A stretch of 12,561 nucleotides of DNA from Azolla caroliniana (lineage: Eukaryota > Plantae > Polypodiophyta), in the NCBI GenBank assembly GCA_043228905.1, contig JBHGNT010001051.1, positions 1 to 12,561 on the forward strand, in the 5' to 3' direction. Under the pieces are notes generated by a model. It was not told the origin of the DNA. It searched no databases and worked only from the letters and a program-made list of their open reading frames with translations. A program made the translations under genes and the position numbers. Shown piece after piece: positions 1 through 7,707 of this stretch. The stretch's first letter is position 1. Each line of letters starts with the position of its first letter.

Positions 1-2
1 AC

Positions 3-3000
3 AAAATCGACGCCGCGACATGGGAGGTGATGCACATGAAGACAACGGCGTACATACGGTGCTTCATCGACATGAACCTGTACAACAACTTCAATGAAGA
101 GAGTAAGGTTCATGAGCTCTGGGAGAAGATCGGCACAATGTTCCAGAACAAAAATGCTGTCAATCAGGCGTCGGTATTCTGGAAGCTTGTAAGACTCCGG
201 TACCAAGATGGCTCCAGCATGGCGGAGCATATGAATGCCTTCCAGGGGCTGATTCACCAGGCAACGTCATTGGAAGTACCCCTTGCCGATGAGGTCCTAG
301 CGCTACTCCTGCTCGGTTCCCTCCCGGATAGCTGGGAGACGTTAGTTGTTACTTTGGGCAACGCCGGGCCGGAAGGAAAACGGCTATCCCTAGCAAGAAT
401 AAAGTCGAGCTTGCTAGATGAGGAGGCTCGTCGGAAAGACAAAGATACGAGCTCCGACTCCAAAGCGCTCCTTACCGAATCGGAACGCGGAAGACATAGA
501 AACCGTAGTCCCCAGAACCGGGAGAAGTCGGGGACACGATCAAAATGAAGGGGGAGGCCTACTTGCTTCTATTGCGGCAAGCCGGGACACTTCCAAAAGA
601 ACTGTCGGCATTTCCGTAAAGACAAGGAAACCGACGGTACCGATTCGAAGCAAACCCCGAACCGGAACGGTAAAGACCGGAGGGGGCCGGACCGGAAGGG
701 AACGACGGCAATTGCGGCAAGTGAAGAGGAGTTGATGCTCATCACCGAGGAGAGTGAGATAAACCATGCCGGCGATGAGATGACCTGGGTGGTAGATTTT
801 GGAGCGTCGTTCCATCTTACCCCGGACCGGAAATGCTTCTCATCCTACTCAGCTGGTGATCACGGCTATGTCCGGATGGGGAATGAAGGAACATGCCGAA
901 TTGTCAGCATAGGAGACGTGTGGCTGACAACACCGACCGGATGCAAGTTGCTGTTGAAAGATGTCCGACACGTTCCGGAAGTTCATCTGAACCTGATATC
1001 AGTCGGTCGGCTAGATGATGAAGGCTACACGGGTAGCATCCGGAACGGTGTCATAAAGTTCAGCAAAGCGAGCCTGATTGTGGCTCGGGCCCGGAAGGTA
1101 AACACACTGTACCTGATGAATGCCCGGTTATGTCCGGAAGAAGTGAACGTGGTTTCCGACACTGCCGGTGAGTTGTGGCACAGGAGGCTATGTCACATGA
1201 GTGAGAAGGGGATGAAGAGGCTTGGAGACGACAACCTCATTCCAGTGAAGAACGTGCACTTAGAGAAGTGCACTGATTGTCTGGCCGGTAAGCAGAACCG
1301 GACCTCCTTCCGACCAAGGCCACCGATGAGACGTAATGCACCACTGGAGTTGGTGCATACGGATGTTTGTCAAGTAGACACGAAGTCACATGCCGGAGCG
1401 CAGTACTTCGTGACGTTCATAGATGACCACAGCCGGAAGCTGTGGGCCACACTGCTGAAGACGAAGGATCAGGTGTTATCCGTCTTCAAAGAGCTCCACG
1501 CGAGAGTGGAAAGAGAAACCGGTCGGAAGCTGAAGGCGGTTCGAGCAGATAACGGAGGTGAGTACCGGGGGCAGTTCGAGGAGTACTGCCGCTCGAAGGG
1601 AATCCGACTCGAATTTACCGTGCCGAAGACGCCGGAGCTAAACGGACTAGCCGAGAGGATGAACCGGACCATAATGGAGAGGGTCCGGAGTATGCTAGCA
1701 CATGCAAAACTACCCAAGAAGTTTTGGGCTGAGGCACTGTCGACGGCGACATATGTGATAAACAGATCACCCTCAGTACCCCTGGACGGAGACACGCCAC
1801 AGAGAGTATGGACCGGTAAGGAAGTGTCCTACCGGCATCTAAGGGTGTTCGGGTGTCTCGCGTACGTGCATGTAGCAAAGGACCGGAGAGGAAAGCTAGA
1901 TCCAAAGACCCGGGCATGCATATTCCTCGGTTACGGTGACGATGAGTTCGGCTACCGAGTGTGGGACCCGGTCGACAAGAAGGTATTCCGGAGTCGAGAT
2001 ATTATCTTCATGGAGGACAAGACGCTCGCCGACTGGGAGTCGGAGAAGAAGATAGTGAACTCTGAGTCGACCGGTAAGGATAGACTCTACAATGAGCAGA
2101 CCCAACCGGCAAGAGACCGGTTAGCACTCGAGGAACCAGCCGGTTACGGTGAGGATACCGAACCGGCAGAAGAAGAAGTAGAGGAAGCTGAGACCGGAAC
2201 CGGTAAAGATCCCGAATCGGATTCGGATGAAGAGCAAATGGAGGAACCGATTACCGAAGTCCGAAGACGTAGATATCCTCTTAGAGAGAGAAGGGCGCCC
2301 CAGAGATTTCCGGATGCAGAGCATGTCCTGTTGACCGATGAGGGGGAGCCGGAAAGCTTCGAAGAAGCGAAGGTTGACACCCATAGCTGAAAATCGTTAA
2401 GTGCCCTGCAGGACGAGATGGATTCCCTGCATGAGAACCATACGTACGAATTGGTGGAGCTGCCGAAAGGAAAGCGGGCACTCCGAAACAAGTGGGTATT
2501 CAATTTGAAACCGGGAGATGCCGGCAACCCCCTGAGATACAAAGCCAGGATCGTGGTGAAGGGGTTCCAGCAGAAGAAGGGCGTGGACTTCGACGAAATA
2601 TTCGCCCCGGTAGTAAAGATGACCTCCATCCGGACGGTGCTGAGTATAGCAGCAAGCATGGATCTCGAGGTAGAGCAGCTGGACGTGAAGACGGCATTCC
2701 TTCACGGCGACCTCGAAGAGGAGATCTACATGCAGCAACCGGAAGGATTTGTGGAGAAAGGGAAGGAGCACCTGGTATGCCGGTTGAAGAAGAGCCTATA
2801 CGGACTGAAGCAGGCTCCCCGGCAATGGTATCGGAAGTTCGACTCCTTCATGGCCGATCAAGGGTACCACAAGACGCAGGACGATCACTGCGTGTTTGTG
2901 AAGAAGTTCGAAGGAGGGGACTTCCTGATACTCCTCCTGTACGTGGATGACATGTTGATCGTCGGACGAGACCAAGGAAAAATACGGATGCTGAAGAAGG

Positions 3001-3917
3001 CCCTCAACCGGACCTTCTCAATGAAGGACTTGGGCCCGGCAAGACAGATGTTGGGGATGCACATCATTCGGGACCGGTCAGTGAAGCAATTATGGCTGTC
3101 ACAGGAGAAGTATGTGACAAAGGTGCTTCACCGGTTCAACATGTCAGATGCAAAACCGGTCGGATCGACACTACCGGCGAACTGCAAGTTGTCCGGCAAG
3201 CAAAGCCTGAAGACAAAAGGAGAGAAGGCAGATATGATGAAGATTCCATATGCCTCTGCCGTCGGGAGCTTGATGTACGCAATGGTTTGTACCCGACCGG
3301 ACATTGGATACGCAGTCGGAGTGGTGAGCCGGTTCATGAGTAATCCCGGCAAGGAGCATTGGAACGCGGTCAAATGGATACTCCGGTATTTGAAGGGCAC
3401 TTCAAATATGTGTCTCCGATTCGGCTCCGGAAAACCTCAACTGGACGGTTTCACCGATTCGGACATGTCGGCTGATGTGGATACCAGCCGGTCTACATCT
3501 GGGTATGTGATGACATATGCAGGGGGAGCTATTTCGTGGCAGTCGAGACTGCAGAAGACGGTTGCATTGTCAACCACAGAGGCGGAGTACATGGCGGCTG
3601 TGGAAGCCGGCAAGGAAATATTATGGATGAAGGACTTCATCGGGGAGCTCGGTATCCGGCAAGAGGAATACCGACTCTACTGCGACAATCAAAGTGCCAT
3701 CCACCTTGCTAAGAATGCGGCCTACCATTCCCGGACGAAGCATATCCAGCGGAGGTATCACTAGATCCGGGAAAGGGTAGATGACCAGGAGTTCGCATTG
3801 GCGAAGATCCACACGGCCGAGAACGGGTCAGATATGCTGACCAAAGTGCTGACACCCGACAAGCTGGACGCATGCCGGAAGAGGATCGGGCTGGAAAGAC
3901 ACCCCATGCCGGAGTGA
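3..3917 (+). pseudogene. Copia gag-pol polyprotein, 5'-partial, with three in-frame stops (546-548 TGA, 2388-2390 TGA, 3762-3764 TAG)
   Basis: ORFs 27..548, 732..2390 and 2418..3764 share one frame and the gaps translate into conserved sequence. Motifs: gag LLGSLPDSW; zinc knuckle CFYCGKPGHFQKNC just after the first stop; protease WVVDFGASFH (DSG altered to DFG at 795-803); integrase LWHRRLCH..CTDC, HTDV/ADNGGEY/NGLAERMNRT and GKLD; RT QLDVKTAFLHG, SLYGLKQAPRQW and YVDD (2940-2951); RNase H FTDSD/TEAEY/CDNQSA/DMLTK. Natural stop at 3915-3917. Confidence 0.95.
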
Positions 3918-3925
3918 AGGGGGAG
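3916..3925 (+). promoter_or_regulatory. Copia polypurine tract (plus-strand primer)
   Basis: GAAGGGGGAG lies 2 nt upstream of the LTR start TGTTGG at 3928. Confidence 0.9.
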
Positions 3926-4006
3926 TTTGTTGGTAGACAGGTCCCTCCGGATGGGAAGGGAGAAGAACAGTGCTGACGAACAAACTCGGCCGAGGCCGAA
4001 ACGGAG

Positions 4007-4240
4007 AACCGGATGAGGAGTACCCGACTGCGGAGAGTCGGATGGTGTAGGCCCGGTATGAACCGGATGAGGAGAACCCGACTGCGGAGAGTCGGATGGT
4101 GTAGGCCCGGTATGAACCGGATGAGGAGTACCCGACTGCGGAGAGTCGGATGGTGTAGGCCCGACTGCGGAAAGCCGGATGAGGAGCACCCAACTGCGGA
4201 GAGCCGGACGGGGAGTACCCGACTGTGGAGAGCCGGATGG
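4007..4240 (+). repeat. Tandem array in copia U3: 29-bp monomers with a 54-bp (29+25) higher-order period
   Basis: AACCGGATGAGGAG(T/A)ACCCGACTGCGGAG starts at 4007, 4061 and 4115 (period 54). Further 29-bp variants start at 4144, 4173 and 4202, with a partial copy at 4231. Confidence 0.95.
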
Positions 4241-4285
4241 AGCCCATCGTGGCTACATTTGTAAATAGCCGAAAAGTCATATTAG

Positions 4286-4293
4286 TATAAATA
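4286..4293 (+). promoter_or_regulatory. Putative TATA box of the copia LTR
   Basis: TATAAATA lies downstream of the U3 repeats in the middle of the LTR. Confidence 0.7.
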
Positions 4294-4384
4294 TGACTTA
4301 GGGCAAACCTTTAGAAAGTGGTTGTCATTCTAGTTGTCATTCTTTCTTGTTGGTGCAAGAAGAAATCAGTGCGCGTAACTGTAC

Positions 4385-4401
4385 AGAGAGAGAGAGAGAG
4401 A
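4385..4401 (+). repeat. (AG)8 microsatellite in the copia LTR
   Basis: AGAGAGAGAGAGAGAGA read directly. Confidence 0.9.
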
Positions 4402-4800
4402 CGAGGTCGTTGCCTCTGTTGTAACCGCCGCCTGTGGCGAAGATCTGAGAACACGAGGTCGTTGCCTCAGTGATCTCACTGTTGTATATTTCTGCATAGT
4501 GACAGTTTGCAGCTTGTGGGCTGCCGTGGTTTTTTCCCCTATTTTGGGGTTTTCCACGTATATCTTCTGTGTACTATTTCTCCTCTTTTGTGTCGCGTTT
4601 CATTACCTGTTTTTCTGTGTATGAAAAGAATCTCGGTTGTGGCCGAGCGTCGGACATAAGGAACGTCGAGTTCCCAACAGCTCATACGTGACCGAGCGTC
4701 TCTCTCCTTCTCTTTCTCCTTCTATCACCTGCTCTTCGGTTCAAGACCCCGGTGGTCCCGCCTTGTTTCTCCACGCACGTGCGTAACAACGCGACATCTT

Positions 4801-4818
4801 TGGTGAACCTGACGTGAA
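4801..4818 (+). promoter_or_regulatory. Primer-binding site of the host gypsy element (tRNA-Trp, one C>T change)
   Basis: TGGTGAACCTGACGTGAA follows the LTR end after a 4-nt spacer and matches the PBS at 5541 at 17/18 positions. Confidence 0.85.
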
Positions 4819-4899
4819 ACAGGCGGCAAAGGAGCAGAACATGAGGGGATCGGATTTTGCAGAGGCCATGGCTTCGGCCGTGGACCGGATAGTGAGCGC

Positions 4900-4903
4900 G
4901 CGT
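4900..4903 (+). repeat. Left target-site duplication (GCGT; right copy GCGC at 11845-11848)
   Basis: Removing 4904-11844 plus one 4-bp copy restores AGC GCG CGC GAG GGC (S-A-R-E-G), colinear and in frame with the inner element's own gag. Confidence 0.8.
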
Positions 4904-5537
4904 TGTTGTGAAGAAAACCGTCCACAAGCGGAATTGGTGCGCCGGAGCGTAGGAAACGGCTCTTCTTGCGCGTTGTACATAAGAGAGAATATTGTACATA
5001 GAAGATCCTAGGCAGGTAGATTCGGTAGGTAGGGAGTTAATGGGAAACGGCTCCTTCCTTACCTATAAAAGGAGGGAAACGAGGAGGGGCGAAGGCATCG
5101 CGAAATCAGAGAGGACGAAGTGCTGTCGGATTGCAGGCCGAAGGCTTCTCTCTCTTCCATACTCTGTAGTTCCTTTCTGTGCAGGTTTCGGGAGGCTCGT
5201 GCTGCTCTGAGGAATGCCCGAGTGCTTCCGGCAGCACCTCCAACCTACTCCTTTCTTTCTGTGCGTTTACGAACAGGCATCGACACCTGTTCGCTGGCCT
5301 GTTCGGTTGTAACCGACTACGTGTTTTTGCTGTTTGTCTCTGTTAATATATACATACATTCCTTCGTGTCTCTCTGTGTTGGTTTCCCGCTCGCGTCTTC
5401 GTGTCGAAGGGCCGTGTCCCTGTGGATCTACACTCGCATCGAGTGGACCTCTTCCCTTCTCCTTTCTCTCTTGCTCTTCGGTACAAGACCCCCGAGGTCC
5501 CGCCTCATTCCACACATCCACGAGGAATACCTCGACA
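4904..5537 (+). repeat. Inner gypsy 5' LTR, 634 bp
   Basis: Direct repeat of 11211-11844 (offset 6307). By manual alignment there are 16 substitutions (13 transitions) and no indels. Confidence 0.97.
5064..5070 (+). promoter_or_regulatory. Putative TATA box of the gypsy LTR (second copy at 11371-11377)
   Basis: CCTATAAAAGG context, identical TATA core in both LTRs. Confidence 0.75.
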
Positions 5538-5540
5538 TCT

Positions 5541-5558
5541 TGGTGAACCCGACGTGAA
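5541..5558 (+). promoter_or_regulatory. Primer-binding site complementary to the 3' end of tRNA-Trp(CCA)
   Basis: TGGTGAACCCGACGTGAA follows the LTR after a 3-nt spacer. Its reverse complement TTCACGTCGGGTTCACCA matches the 3' end of plant cytosolic tRNA-Trp as I recall it. Confidence 0.85.
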
Positions 5559-5580
5559 GGAGGCGGTTGAAGAGCAGAAG

Positions 5581-7707
5581 ATGAAAGGGTCAGATCTTGC
5601 GGAGGCCATGGCTTCGGCCGTGGATCGGATATTGAGCGCACGCGAGGGCTCGGGCGCCCTCGACAGAGCCATTGAGGCGGTCGTCACTACGATCGGCCGG
5701 TTCAGCGGAAAGGATGCCACGAAGTATTTGGCGTCCTACGGGGCAGAAATGCTGATGCAGGACATTCCGGAAGAGAGGCGTCTTGCCGGGTTCCCTCGAG
5801 TGGCGATGCCGAGCATCCATGCGGAGGTGCTCGAGGTGCGGGCGGAGAGCCGTACCTGGGAGGAGTTCGAAGGTCGACTCCTAGAAAAATACGGGCTGGA
5901 CGACGCGCTCCGGCTTTCGAAACGGGACTTCATGGAATGGGTGGAGTCCCCCGGCAAGGGAAGAAACGCGTCGGCACTCCTCCTGGAGTTTGAGGAACGC
6001 TTTGCACGCCTTTCGGCGCTTGATCGCACCGTTCTGGATATGAGCCGGGTCCTACTGTTCGTCAAGTCGGTGGACGAGCGGGACCAGGATCAAGTCGGCT
6101 CCTTGCTGGAAACCGAAGACGGGCTGACAACCGACTGGGCTGCGGTTAAGAGAGTCTGTGGCCGTTTCGACAAACGGCGAGAATGGGTTGAGGACGGGGC
6201 GGCCGGTGCGGGCTCTGTCACAGCAAGGAGGCTTGAACCGGCACCGCAAGGGCGAAGGGAAGAGGCCCTGGAGTGGCTCGAAACCGGTTCGGCTTCGACC
6301 GGCATGGTCAATGGCTCATCCGGAGGAGCAGCGCTGGAGGAGTTGACGTGGGCGATAAAGGATCTCCAGATCGCCCAGACTCGAAGGCAAGGCGGCGAAC
6401 CGGCTCGTGACCGACGGCCGGTAGCAGGGAACAGGTGCATGTGGTGCGACGAGGTCGGCCACATCCGGAAGGACTGCGGCAATTTCACAGAGGCGTTGAG
6501 GAACGGGGTGGTGTACCTGTGGGAAGAATGGGTGCACGCCGACGACACCAGAAGGGCCCTAAACCGAAACGACGGGCGAGGAGGTATGAAGAGACTGATG
6601 GAAGAGGCAGCGGCCCGACACGTGGAGGCCATCTACTACTCGGCGTCGGCCGGTAATCAGGTCGGGGGCAGCGAGGCCCGAAAGGAGAGCAAAGACGGAT
6701 TCTGGCCGACAATGCTGGAAGGCCTCGCTGGCGCACAGCTGAGGAAAGATGAAACGGACCGCGCTGAGAGACGGGTCCGGGAAATAACCGGGTGGAGCGA
6801 CCCGGTCGAGGAGAAGACGGCCTTCGTAGAAGCCGCCTGCCGGAACTACGAGGCTCTGGTGGAAGACAAACGAGTGGGGAAAGCCGGAGCGTCCGGGCCC
6901 TCACAACGATACGAGACCCGATTCGGGCAACGACCGAACGATGCCGGCGGGTCCAGCGTGCAAGATAACCCTAGGAAGGGCGAATACCGACTGGGGACGG
7001 AAATAGAAAGGACCACGGACCTACGAAAGGTCCTAGAAGAACGGATCCTCGACAGCAAAGTGGAGCTGTCATTACGGGAGGTGCTAGGGATTGCCAAGAA
7101 GGAGTTCCACGACTCCATTGTGGACTTGGTGAAACGAAAGAGGTTGTCGACGGAGACGGAACCGAAAAGACCGGTGGAGGTGCGGACGACGCACATCGAC
7201 GACATGGCGCTGGAAGATGAGTGGGCGGAGAGCCACTATTCGAGGCCACACTGGGCCTGAGCGACCACGGAGACCCCGGTAAAGATCAGAGATGTTCAGG
7301 AACCGGTGGTGGCACTGGTGGACCACGGTTCGGAAATAAACCTGATGTCCATGGACTTCTATAAGAAGGGAAAGTGGCCGATCAACACCAAGCACGGCTG
7401 GAAGATACGGGCAGCGACGCACGCCACGGAGGAACTGCACGGGGCCTGCCCGAACGTGCAAGTCAAGATTGGCGACGTCGAGATTGACCAGCACTTCTTC
7501 GTACAGGAGACGTCCTCGCACCCGGTCATATTAGGGGAACCATACATCACGGCGGCGCGAATGGAGACCAAGGTGTTGGACAACGGTTCGGCCTACGCGA
7601 GGGTCAAAAGCCAAGATGGGCGTCATTCGGTCCAATTTCTGACGGTGAGACCGAACCACGAGCGAAACCGCGAATCCATCGGTGGCGAGAACCGGGAGGA
7701 GTTTTAG
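5581..7707 (+). pseudogene. Gypsy ORF1: gag-aspartic protease, one internal stop at 7258-7260
   Basis: The ATG at 5581 is conserved with the host ATG at 4841. Zinc knuckle CMWCDEVGHIRKDC is at 6436-6477. The frame continues past HWA* into the protease (ALVDHGSEINLM...VILGEPY) and ends GGENREEF* at 7707. Confidence 0.9.

Larger units (their letters stand above)
1..4679 (+). mobile_element. Ty1/copia LTR retrotransposon (Tnt1/Tork-like), 5' end outside the window, defective
   Basis: Domain order gag-PR-INT-RT-RH is diagnostic of copia. It is followed by a PPT and a TGTTGG...CCAACA-bounded LTR. The RT/RH segment (GSLMYAMVCTRPDIGYAVGVVSRFMSNPGKEHW) resembles Tnt1 from memory, so the lineage label is an inference. 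Confidence 0.96.
3928..4679 (+). repeat. Copia 3' LTR, 752 bp
   Basis: Starts TGTTGG right after the PPT and ends CCAACA (6-bp terminal inverted repeat). It has an internal TATA box, and the sequence switches to gypsy-LTR homology at 4680. The partner LTR is outside the window. Confidence 0.88.
4680..4903 (+). mobile_element. Host Ty3/gypsy element, left fragment: end of 5' LTR (4680-4796), PBS and first 21 codons of gag (ATG 4841)
   Basis: The LTR ends in CGACA like the inner element's LTR. Block 4730-4763 matches 5472-5505 at 31/34 positions. MRGSDFAEAMASAVDRIVSAR parallels MKGSDLAEAMASAVDRILSAR of the inner gag. Confidence 0.9.

Noticed and set aside
4007-4240. Regular 29/54-bp repeats as a CRISPR array
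   Set aside because: There are no unique spacers and no cas genes. The array is head-to-tail inside a eukaryotic LTR.
3761-4280. Repetitive ORFs 3761..4189 (-), 3828..4280 (-) and 4013..4264 (+) as real genes
   Set aside because: They are by-products of a 54-bp period that is a multiple of 3 and have no recognisable domain.
4898-4903. 6-bp TSD GCGCGT/GCGCGA
   Set aside because: It also needs one mismatch, and the reconstructed empty site would lose 2 nt and frameshift gag. The 4-bp TSD restores exact colinearity.
5165-5190. Splice-acceptor-like TTCCTTTCTGTGCAG/G in the gypsy LTR
   Set aside because: No convincing donor lies between the TATA box and this site, and such motifs are common in pyrimidine-rich LTRs. 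It cannot be supported without RNA data.
5120-5557. LTR-encoded ORFs (5120..5557, 11427..11750, 4992..5210, 11296..11517)
   Set aside because: They recur only because the LTR is duplicated. They lack ATG starts and domains, and one is truncated in the 3' LTR.
5401-5580. Gag starting inside the LTR at GTG 5401
   Set aside because: There is no ATG, and the equivalent frame in the host LTR is closed by TAA at 4784. The conserved start is ATG 5581.
7258-7260. Programmed stop read-through between gag and protease (likewise TGA 546 in the copia)
   Set aside because: Neither has a known read-through context such as CARYYA or CUAG, and both are explained by CGA>TGA decay. The copia stop falls before the zinc knuckle, within gag.
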